Below are positions 29,833-37,437 of a stretch of 46,526 bases of DNA, piece by piece. The translations under genes were made by a program, and so were the position numbers. Origin of the DNA: a bacterium (GTDB taxonomy: Bacteria > Acidobacteriota > Blastocatellia > HR10); contig JBEPZV010000018.1 of the NCBI GenBank assembly GCA_041640655.1, positions 1 to 46,526 on the forward strand. Reading direction: 5' to 3'. The notes under the pieces were generated by a model, which was not told the origin of the DNA, did no database searches, and saw only the letters and a list, made by a program, of their open reading frames with translations. Each line of letters begins with the position of its first letter. Position 1 is the stretch's first letter.

Positions 29833-31005
29833 ATGAATGTGACGTCACTCGTCTGCTCCAAATGCCACCGCTCCTATCCACCGGGGCGCGTCTATCAGCT
29901 CTGCGCGTGCGGCAAGCCGTTGCTGGTGCGCTATGATTTGGAACGAGCGGCGCGCACGCTCACGCGCGCGGCGCTCGCGCATCGGGAGCCGACGCTCTGG
30001 CGGTATCGGGAAGTCCTCCCCGTGGAGGATGAGGCGGCGATCGTCTCGCTCGGCGAAGGGTTCACGCCGCTGCTGGTGTGTCGCCGTCTGGCGGAGCGCG
30101 TGGGCGTTCGCGCCCTCTACATCAAGGACGAATCGGCGAATCCGACGGGCACGTTCAAAGCGCGGGGCATGGCCGTGGCCGTCTCCATGGCGCGACAGCT
30201 CGGCCTTCGACGCTTGGCCGTTCCGAGCGCAGGGAATGCCGCGGGCGCGCTCGCTGCATACGCCGCGCGCGCCGACCTGGAAGCCTTCGTCTTCATGCCG
30301 CGCGATGCTCCCGAAGCCAATCGTCGAGAAGCGGAACTCTACGGCGCGCGCGTCGTCCTGGTGGACGGCCTCATCACGGAGTGCGCGCGACGACTCGCCG
30401 CCGAGCAGACCGAGCAGGGGTACTTCGATGTCTCGACGTTGAAGGAACCCTATCGCGTTGAGGGCAAGAAGACGATGGGATACGAGCTGGTGGAACAACT
30501 GAACGGGCAACTCCCCGATGTGATCCTCTACCCCACTGGAGGAGGGACGGGATTGATCGGCATGTGGAAAGCGTTCGAGGAGATGGAAGCCCTCGGATGG
30601 ATCGGGGCGGAACGACCGCGCTTCTTCGCGGTTCAAGCGAGCGGATGCGCGCCGATCGTGCGCGCCTTCCAGGAGGGCAAGGCCGAGGCCGAGGAGGTCC
30701 GCGACGCGCACACGATCGCCGCCGGACTGCGGGTCCCTCGGGCGCTCGGCGATTTCCTCATCCTCGACATCCTGCGTCGCAGTCGCGGAGGAGCCATCGC
30801 CGTCGAGGATCATGAGATCGTGGAGGCCATGCGCGAGTTGGCTCGCCTGGAGGGGGTGTTCGCCGGCCCTGAAGGCGCCGCTTGTCTTCCCGCCCTCAAG
30901 AAGCTCCTCGCGCGCGGGGAGGTTCATCCCGAAGAGCGCATCGTCCTGTTCAACACGGGATCGGGGTTGAAGTCCCTCGACCTCTGGGATTCCGCCGCGC
31001 GATGA
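29833..31005 (+). CDS. thrC: Threonine synthase (Zn-ribbon N-terminus type)
   Basis: CSKC...CAC, SLGEGFTPL, NPTGTFKARG, SAGNA, EGKKT, PTGGG, NTGSG. Confidence 0.88.
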   Translation: MNVTSLVCSKCHRSYPPGRVYQLCACGKPLLVRYDLERAARTLTRAALAHREPTLWRYREVLPVEDEAAIVSLGEGFTPLLVCRRLAERVGVRALYIKDESANPTGTFKARGMAVAVSMARQLGLRRLAVPSAGNAAGALAAYAARADLEAFVFMPRDAPEANRREAELYGARVVLVDGLITECARRLAAEQTEQGYFDVSTLKEPYRVEGKKTMGYELVEQLNGQLPDVILYPTGGGTGLIGMWKAFEEMEALGWIGAERPRFFAVQASGCAPIVRAFQEGKAEAEEVRDAHTIAAGLRVPRALGDFLILDILRRSRGGAIAVEDHEIVEAMRELARLEGVFAGPEGAACLPALKKLLARGEVHPEERIVLFNTGSGLKSLDLWDSAAR

Positions 31006-31015
31006 GGCTCGACCC

Positions 31016-32125
31016 TCAGAATTCGCCTCGCTCCCGCGCCTTCTCATACTCGCGCCGGAGCCGCGCGAGCAATTCCTCCCGGCGATCGTAGAGCCGCTTG
31101 TGTCGCCGCGGCGGGCGCTTGGCCAGGGCGTAGGCCGTGAGGATGGGCAGCGCGACCGTCGCGTCGAGATAGACGGTGACGGCATCGGGCAAGCGATCGG
31201 GATCCACCTTCCCCCAACTCACGGCTTCCGAGGGGGTCGCCCCCGACAGCCCTCCCGTATCGGGACGCGCGTCGGTGATCTGCAGGAAGTAATCGTGCCC
31301 TCGCTCTTCGATCCCCAGCACTTCCTGAAGCTGCGGCTCCGTCTGCAAGAGGAAGTTCTTCGGCGACCCCCCCCCGAGGATGAAGACCGCGCTCTTGCCG
31401 TTCGGATAATCGCGCTTGGCGCCGAGGACGATGGCCGCCGTCTCGTTCACATCGCGCGCGACGTCGAACTTCAGATGATTCCCCAGGAGCGCCTTCGCCG
31501 CCACGTTCATGCCGATCGAGCTGTCTCCCGGTGCCGGCGTGTAAATGGGCACACCGTAGTGATACGCCGCCGAGAGGATGGATCGCATCCCGCGCCCCAG
31601 GAGCCGCTCCCGTTCGAGCACGTACTTGCCCACGAGGTGATGGAATTCCGCCGTGCCCATCTCGCGCTGAAACTCCGGTTGCGAGATGACCTCGTAGTAG
31701 AAGCGATCGGTCGAGAGCAACACGTCGTAATCGAAGAAGATGTCGTAGATGCGCACGACCCCATGCCGCCGCAGCTCGACGTCGTCAGCTTGCGGCGTCC
31801 CCCGATGCATGGTGAACCCAATGGCGAAGTGCGTGTCGTGATAGAGATTGGCCCCCGTGGAGACGATCCAGTCCACGAATCCGTGCTCGATGAGCGGCAC
31901 GATGGCCGACATGCCGAGTCCGGCTGGGGTGAGCGCCCCCGTCAGGCTCATCCCCACGGTCACATTCTCCTCGAGCATCTTCTCGACGAAGAGCCGACAG
32001 GCCTCGTGCAATCGCCCGGCGTTGTACGCCAGGAAGTGCTCCTCCACCAATTCCACGATCGTCGTCGAAGCGGTGATCGGCCGAGGCTCAATCGCTCGTC
32101 CGCACAGGTACCGTTCTTTCGTCAT
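31016..32125 (-). CDS. Deoxyhypusine-synthase-like homospermidine biosynthesis protein (SpeY-like)
   Basis: [45 protein letters not shown] (catalytic Lys present); SD GGAGG. Confidence 0.88.
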   Translation of the reverse strand: MTKERYLCGRAIEPRPITASTTIVELVEEHFLAYNAGRLHEACRLFVEKMLEENVTVGMSLTGALTPAGLGMSAIVPLIEHGFVDWIVSTGANLYHDTHFAIGFTMHRGTPQADDVELRRHGVVRIYDIFFDYDVLLSTDRFYYEVISQPEFQREMGTAEFHHLVGKYVLERERLLGRGMRSILSAAYHYGVPIYTPAPGDSSIGMNVAAKALLGNHLKFDVARDVNETAAIVLGAKRDYPNGKSAVFILGGGSPKNFLLQTEPQLQEVLGIEERGHDYFLQITDARPDTGGLSGATPSEAVSWGKVDPDRLPDAVTVYLDATVALPILTAYALAKRPPRRHKRLYDRREELLARLRREYEKARERGEF

Positions 32126-32206
32126 CGCCGTCTCTCCTCCATTGAGCGTCGCTCGCACACATCCATATGCGTGAAGGCGCGCGTGCGGGTTCTCGGGAAG
32201 GCGAAC

Positions 32207-33136
32207 TCACTCCCCCTCGAATCTCCCGCCATAGCAGACCTCCTGGAAGAAACAGCGGCGACAGCGCCAGGTCTCCGTCGTCATCGGGAAATCCTCCATC
32301 CGAGCGAGATTCCGCTCCGGATCCACGAGCCGCGCGCGCAGGTGCGCGGCGCTCTGCAAGATCTCCTCCTTCGCTTCGATGAGCTGCTCCGGCGACACGG
32401 CATATTCCTGGACGCCCGCTTCGGACAGCTCCCGCAAGTAGACCGGGACGATCCGCAGACGATCATAGGGGACCTCCCAGTGTTCCCTCGCATAGAGCGC
32501 ATAGCACGCGAGCTGGCGGAGATCATCGGCCCCCTCGCGCCCCGATTTCCAATCGTAGATGTAGAATCGCTCGTTGTGCGCGAGCGCGAAGTCGATCTTG
32601 ACCCACACCTTCACATCGCCCAGGTGGAACGCGTCCCGTTTCTCGATCGCCTTCCACGCCGTGCGACCCACTGAGCGAATGAACGCGAAGACCTCCGAGG
32701 TCCAGAAGTTCTCCACGCACCGCAGCACATGTTCCTTGATCTCGTCCGTCCGCTCCTTCGGAATCTCGATCCCATAGTAATGCTCGAAGAGATTCACGCG
32801 GCGCTTGGGATCGCGCTCCCACTGCCGCTCTTTCGACTCCCTCCATCCCTGGCGCAAGCGCTCGACGGCGTATCCTCGAGCGGCGTCGCGTGTCACTGGC
32901 TTCCCCTCCCACAATCGCCGCAAGACCCACTCGATCGTCCCATGCACGATCTCCCCCGCCCACATGTCGAGGTTCTTCATCTTCGTGAAGCGATAGCACG
33001 CTCTGGCCAGCTCGCTCGCCTCTCGCTCCCATCCTCTCCAGAAGGCGTAGTGCGCGAGGTAATACCGACGGGGACACTCCTGAAATTCCCGATGGCGAGA
33101 GATGGACCATGCGAATTCGTTCACGATCTCCGTCAT
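32207..33136 (-). CDS. Stand-alone PD-(D/E)XK nuclease, Cas4/AddB-like with Fe-S staple cysteines
   Basis: WSIS..ECPRRYY, GEIVH, E...KID...YDWKSG, QLACY, C-terminal CRRC-x5-C. Confidence 0.85.
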   Translation of the reverse strand: MTEIVNEFAWSISRHREFQECPRRYYLAHYAFWRGWEREASELARACYRFTKMKNLDMWAGEIVHGTIEWVLRRLWEGKPVTRDAARGYAVERLRQGWRESKERQWERDPKRRVNLFEHYYGIEIPKERTDEIKEHVLRCVENFWTSEVFAFIRSVGRTAWKAIEKRDAFHLGDVKVWVKIDFALAHNERFYIYDWKSGREGADDLRQLACYALYAREHWEVPYDRLRIVPVYLRELSEAGVQEYAVSPEQLIEAKEEILQSAAHLRARLVDPERNLARMEDFPMTTETWRCRRCFFQEVCYGGRFEGE

Positions 33137-33280
33137 ATCGTCTCAAGTGTAGCGATCGCCCCCGAGAATACGCCAGAGCGTCGCGCGCCTCAAAGACCGA
33201 CGTCGCGGGCGCATCGCATCCGAAGAGGGGATGATGCGCGCGCCTGCGCGGAGCACAAGGCGCAGGGCCGAAGCGATCAT

Positions 33281-33419
33281 CGCCTCGTCCGAAGGCGCTC
33301 CGCGTGGAGGATCGCGGCGGCACTCATCGCGCCCGGGAACAGCGGGGAAAGGGGAGCCCTCAGACGGCCGAGGTCGCCTGAAGGCCCCCGGCGGTGGGAA
33401 TGCCGTTGAAGGCGAGGCG
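33281..33419 (-). ncRNA. Candidate structured ncRNA / long 5' leader (family unknown)
   Basis: Nested stems with G-U wobbles only on the minus strand, including a 15-bp hairpin (33375-33389 with 33352-33366); starts just downstream of a near-consensus promoter. Confidence 0.4.
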
Positions 33420-33424
33420 TTCTC

Positions 33425-33453
33425 AGTGTAGGTCAGGCCTTGGCGCTCGTCAA
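33425..33453 (-). promoter_or_regulatory. sigma70 promoter TTGACG-17-TACACT
   Basis: -35 at 33448-33453 (overlaps the upstream gene's stop), -10 at 33425-33430. Confidence 0.7.
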
Positions 33454-34850
33454 GAGCGATCGGCTGAGGTGCTCTCCGAGGCCCGCGCGACCGACTCCAC
33501 ACGAAGTTGCGTGAGCCGCCGCCCCTCGATCTTCTCGACGATGAACGCCACCCCGTTATGAACTACCCGATCCCCCGGCAGCGGCAACTTCCCCAATCGC
33601 GCCATGATGAATCCCGCCATCGTCGTATACTCGTCCGATTCCGGAACATCCAGATGCAGCCGCCGATTCACTTCGCGAACGGTCACCCCTCCATCCACGA
33701 GGATCGTCCCATCCGGCCTCACGCGAATGCGCTCCTCATCCAGGTCATGATCGTGCTCATCCGCGATCTCTCCGACCAGCTCCTCCAGGACATCCTCCAG
33801 CGTGAGCAGCCCTTCGATCGCGCCGTATTCGTCCACGACGATCGCGAGATGGCTCTTCTGCTGCCGCATCTGCCGCAAGACTTCGTCCAGAGGAGCTGTG
33901 TCGGGAACGAAGAGCGGCCGATGCAAGATGGCCTCCAGGCGGAAGCGTTCGGGATGGCGCAGATAGCGCAGCAGGTCTTTCCCATGCAGGATGCCGATGA
34001 TATTGTCCGGTTCTCCCCGATAGACGGGGATGCGCGAATAGCCCGTCTCCTCGAAGACGCGCAGCAGGTCCTCGAACGGCGTGCCGGCCTCGACGGTCAC
34101 CATATCGGCGCGCGGGCGCATGGCCTCGCGCGCGGTCGTCGCCGTGAAGGTGAAGACGTTGCTGATGAGCTGATGCTCTTCGGCCTCCAGCAATCCCTGC
34201 TCGCGGCTCATGTTGATCAGATGCTGAATCTCCTCGGCATACATCCCCCCATGAGTCCGCGACGAGGGAATACGCAACAGGCGCACGAGTCCCAAGCCCG
34301 AACGATTGAGCAGGCGAACGAAGGGGAAGAAGACGCGATAGAAGAGCGCCATCGGTCGAGCGATCCGCAGGGCGACCTGCGGCGTGCGCTCCAGCGCCAG
34401 CGTCTTGGGCGCCAATTCCCCCGCGACGACATGCAGGAAGGTGATGATGGCGAATGCCAGCGCGATGGCGATCGAGTGAATGGCGACGGGATGAAGCCAA
34501 GTCGCCGGGGCGCCGATCCGCGCGAAGAGGTCCTCAGGAAGTCCCGCTCTCACCCGTTCGAGCGCAGCCGCGATCAACCGAGCCAGCGCCGGTTCTCCCA
34601 ACCAACCGAGCGCCAAGCTCGCGATCGTGATGCCCAGTTGCGTGGCCGCGATGTAATCGTCCAGATGGTCGAGCAGCGGCACCAGCAGGCGCGCGCGCCG
34701 ATCACCCTTGGCCGCCTGCGTCTCCACCCAGGACCGACGCACGGCCACCAGCGCGAATTCCGACGCGACGAAAAACCCGTTGGCCAGAACGAGAAGAACG
34801 ATGAGCCCGAGGCGAATGAGGCTTTCTATCGCACTGGAATCGTCCATCAT
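33450..34850 (-). CDS. CNNM/HlyC-CorC family transporter (DUF21-CBS-CBS-CorC)
   Basis: NGFFVASEFALV, TQLGIT, GELAPK, YSRIPVY, VVDEYG, TLEDVLEELVGEIADEHD. Confidence 0.93.
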   Translation of the reverse strand: MMDDSSAIESLIRLGLIVLLVLANGFFVASEFALVAVRRSWVETQAAKGDRRARLLVPLLDHLDDYIAATQLGITIASLALGWLGEPALARLIAAALERVRAGLPEDLFARIGAPATWLHPVAIHSIAIALAFAIITFLHVVAGELAPKTLALERTPQVALRIARPMALFYRVFFPFVRLLNRSGLGLVRLLRIPSSRTHGGMYAEEIQHLINMSREQGLLEAEEHQLISNVFTFTATTAREAMRPRADMVTVEAGTPFEDLLRVFEETGYSRIPVYRGEPDNIIGILHGKDLLRYLRHPERFRLEAILHRPLFVPDTAPLDEVLRQMRQQKSHLAIVVDEYGAIEGLLTLEDVLEELVGEIADEHDHDLDEERIRVRPDGTILVDGGVTVREVNRRLHLDVPESDEYTTMAGFIMARLGKLPLPGDRVVHNGVAFIVEKIEGRRLTQLRVESVARASESTSADRS

Positions 34851-34881
34851 CTCACGTCATGAGCAGACCTCTTCGGTGCGA

Positions 34882-35421
34882 TCACGTGCCCGCGGCGAAG
34901 ACGCGCGGGACCCGCCCATTTCGATGCTTCGCGCACGCCTGCTCCAAGGCCTGATCAATCAGCGAATCGATCTGTCCGACCGAGCGCCGCAACGCTTCGG
35001 CCACCTCCGAGACGATCAGATACCGCGCCTTCTCCAGGAGCCGCTTCTCGCGGAACGAGAGCGGCTTGATCGTGTTCAGATAGACGAGCGTCTTCAACAC
35101 GTACGCGATCTCGAAGATGTCCCCCGTCCGCATGCGCTCGGTGAACTCTTTGTATCGCCCTTTCCAATCCATCGGAGGGTCCTCGAAATCATCGGCCAGG
35201 ACTTGGAGCAGGCGATGACATCCGTCGGGCGTGATGGGCGGGCGTAATCCCACATCGCGCGCCGTGGCCGTCGGGACCATGACGATGGAGTTGGTCGCGA
35301 TCAACCGGAGCTGATAAAACTCGCAGGTCTGTCCCGTGCAGACTTCCCGCACGCAAATCGCTTCGATGACGCCAAGCCCGTGATTCGGATAGACGACCTT
35401 TTGCCCGACCTTGAAATCCAC
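34882..35421 (-). CDS. carD: CarD-family RNA-polymerase-binding transcription factor
   Basis: FKVGQKVVYPNHGLGVI, VMVP...VGLR, conserved Trp (DWKGRYK), LSFREK; SD GGGAGG before GTG. Confidence 0.92.
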   Translation of the reverse strand: MDFKVGQKVVYPNHGLGVIEAICVREVCTGQTCEFYQLRLIATNSIVMVPTATARDVGLRPPITPDGCHRLLQVLADDFEDPPMDWKGRYKEFTERMRTGDIFEIAYVLKTLVYLNTIKPLSFREKRLLEKARYLIVSEVAEALRRSVGQIDSLIDQALEQACAKHRNGRVPRVFAAGT

Positions 35422-35536
35422 GACTACCTCCCTGGCGATTGAGAGATTGGCGGTGAGACGAAGAAGGGATTTCCTGCGGCGTGAAAAATTCGATCTGGCT
35501 CGCCTGCCCGTCTCATACGCTCACGGTGCACGTCAT

Positions 35537-35585
35537 TTCACTACCGACGGTAGTGAATGTAGCACCGGCACTCCCCTTGCGTCAA
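35537..35585 (-). promoter_or_regulatory. carD promoter TTGACG-18-TACATT (extended -10) with perfect 10-1-10 palindrome over the start site
   Basis: -35 at 35580-35585, -10 at 35556-35561; TTCACTACCG-A-CGGTAGTGAA at 35537-35557. Confidence 0.7.
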
Positions 35586-35639
35586 GCCGCGCGGGGCCTT
35601 CTTCGTACCCCCTTCCGGGGGCGAGGCGAGGGACAGCGT

Positions 35640-35669
35640 TTGACGAGTCCGTTTGGGCCTTCTTATACT
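35640..35669 (+). promoter_or_regulatory. sigma70 promoter TTGACG-18-TATACT for ruvX-mltG
   Basis: -35 at 35640-35645, -10 at 35664-35669, 10 nt before ATG 35680. Confidence 0.7.
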
Positions 35670-35679
35670 GAACGAGGTC

Positions 35680-36138
35680 ATGCGCATTCTGGCCGTGGAT
35701 CCGGGGATGAAGCGTATCGGCCTGGCGCTCTGCGATGAGCTGGAGATCAGCGTGCGTCCGCTCCCCGTCTTAACCGCGCGAGGAGTGGAGCGCGACGCGC
35801 TGGCCATCGCGGAGCTGGCGCGCGCGCATCAGGTGGGATGGATTGTGGTGGGACTGCCGCTCAATATGGACGGCACCGTCGGTCCCTCCGCGCGACGCGC
35901 GCGAAAGCTCGCCCACCGCCTTCGCGCGCTCACGGGCCTGCCCGTCGCCTTGTGGGATGAACGCCTGACGTCGGTCGAAGCCGAAATGCTGCTTCGCGAG
36001 CGCGGCGAGCGGCCGACGCCGGAGCGGGTAGATCAAGTGGCCGCGTGCGTGATCCTCCAGGACTTCCTCACCGCTCTTCGCTCCGATCGGGCGACGATCG
36101 AGGATCATGGCGCGACTTCCCCGGAGAGCACGTTGTGA
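35680..36138 (+). CDS. ruvX: YqgF/RuvX pre-16S rRNA nuclease
   Basis: ILAVDPG.KRIGLA.CD, VVGLPLNMDG, WDERLTS, VDQVAA..ILQ. Confidence 0.93.
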   Translation: MRILAVDPGMKRIGLALCDELEISVRPLPVLTARGVERDALAIAELARAHQVGWIVVGLPLNMDGTVGPSARRARKLAHRLRALTGLPVALWDERLTSVEAEMLLRERGERPTPERVDQVAACVILQDFLTALRSDRATIEDHGATSPESTL

Positions 36139-36168
36139 ACGCGCTGGCGCGCGGTGAGGAGGACCAGT

Positions 36169-37347
36169 GTGAAGATCGCTCGCGATATTTCCCTTCGCGT
36201 TGCATGGCACGCGCTGTGCGCGCTCGGGCGGCGTTCGGTTCGGACAAGTGGTGCCCACACTCCTCTCCGAATCGCCGGATCGCCGAGGGGCAGGCGCCGT
36301 CCCCCGAGACGCGTCCGGTGGCGATGGCGCGCGCTGGGGCTGATGCTGGTGCTCGCGATCGGTGGGGTCGGCGCTGCCGTCCTCTCGCTTGTGACGCCGC
36401 GAGAGCACGCGGCCGCCGCGCGCGTGATCACCATCGCTCCAGGGACCGACGCGCGCCGCATCCTGCATCGGCTCGCGGAAGAGGGGATCATCGCCCATCC
36501 TCTTCCCGTCCTCGCCTATCTCGCGCTCACGCGCCAGGGGGCACAGCTGAAAGCCGGGGATTATCGCTTCCCCTCCCCGATCTCGCCCCTGGAGGTCATC
36601 CGCAGACTCATTCGCGGCGAGGTCGTCACGGAGAAGATCACGATCCCCGAAGGGCTCAACCGTTTCGAGATCGCTGAGCTGATCGCCCGACTGCCCATCC
36701 GCGATGCCGATCGCGCGCTGGAGTTCACCGAAGACGCGAGCCTCATTCGCGATCTCGATCCGCAGGCGGATTCACTGGAAGGCTACCTCTTCCCCGACAC
36801 CTACACGTACACGCCGTCCACCTCGGCGCGCGATCTGATCGCGCGCATGGTCCGGCGATTCCGCGCTGTCTTCACCGAGGAGGATCGCGCGCGCGCTCGC
36901 GCCCTGGGATTCACCGTTCGTGAGATCGTCACGCTGGCGTCTCTGATCGAGAAAGAGGCGAAGCTTCCCGAGGAGCGCCCGCTCATTTCCTCGGTCTTTC
37001 ACAACCGGCTGCGGCGCGGGATGCGACTCGAATGCGATCCCACGGTCCTCTACGCCGCGCTTCTTGAAGGCGAAGAGGATCGGATCATCCATCGCTCCGA
37101 CCTCGCGCGTCCGTCGCCCTACAACACCTACCTCTATCCAGGCCTCCCTCCCGGCCCTATCGCTTCTCCGGGGCGCGAGGCCTTGCGCGCCGCGCTCTAT
37201 CCGGCCTCGACCGACTATCTCTACTTCGTCGTGGACGGCACGCGGCAAGACGGCGCGCATCGCTTCGCCCGCACGTGGGCCGAACATCAAGTGAATGTCG
37301 CGCTCTATCGTCGAGCTCAAGCGCGCCTCTCCCGCCCTTCGCCTTAG
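36169..37347 (+). CDS. mltG: Endolytic transglycosylase MltG (YceG)
   Basis: TM anchor, LKAGDY, TIPEG, LEGYLFPDTY, ASLIEKE, SPYNTY..GLPPGPI; SD GAGGAGG before GTG 36169 (start uncertain). Confidence 0.93.
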   Translation: MKIARDISLRVAWHALCALGRRSVRTSGAHTPLRIAGSPRGRRRPPRRVRWRWRALGLMLVLAIGGVGAAVLSLVTPREHAAAARVITIAPGTDARRILHRLAEEGIIAHPLPVLAYLALTRQGAQLKAGDYRFPSPISPLEVIRRLIRGEVVTEKITIPEGLNRFEIAELIARLPIRDADRALEFTEDASLIRDLDPQADSLEGYLFPDTYTYTPSTSARDLIARMVRRFRAVFTEEDRARARALGFTVREIVTLASLIEKEAKLPEERPLISSVFHNRLRRGMRLECDPTVLYAALLEGEEDRIIHRSDLARPSPYNTYLYPGLPPGPIASPGREALRAALYPASTDYLYFVVDGTRQDGAHRFARTWAEHQVNVALYRRAQARLSRPSP

Positions 37348-37386
37348 GCGCCGAACGGGTCTCCGCCTGAGGCGGGGAGCAACAGT

Positions 37387-37415
37387 TTGCCCATGGCGAA
37401 GGGGTATGGTACTTT
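37387..37415 (+). promoter_or_regulatory. sigma70 promoter TTGCCC-17-TACTTT (extended -10) for glmU-glmS
   Basis: -35 at 37387-37392, -10 at 37410-37415 preceded by TGn; SD GGGAGG downstream. Confidence 0.55.
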
Positions 37416-37437
37416 AGCCTCCGAAGGGAGGACGGCG

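Noticed and set aside
32207..33453. CRISPR-Cas or retron interpretation of nuclease + RNA
   Set aside because: No repeat-spacer array, cas1/cas2 or reverse transcriptase in the window
33139..33463. Imperfect direct repeats (tcaag[tgt]agcgatcg; tctca[a]gtgtag) hinting at a MITE or insertion
   Set aside because: Short, imperfect, partly explained by two TACACT -10 elements; no terminal inverted repeats or transposase
33143..33502. 119-aa ORF across the structured intergenic region
   Set aside because: Overlaps the CNNM gene end, low-complexity Arg/Pro content, no RBS; a short peptide cannot be fully excluded
37361..37377. Hairpins after mltG, at 6901-6916 and at 45192-45214
   Set aside because: Short GC stems without U-tracts, expected by chance at this GC content; not called as terminators
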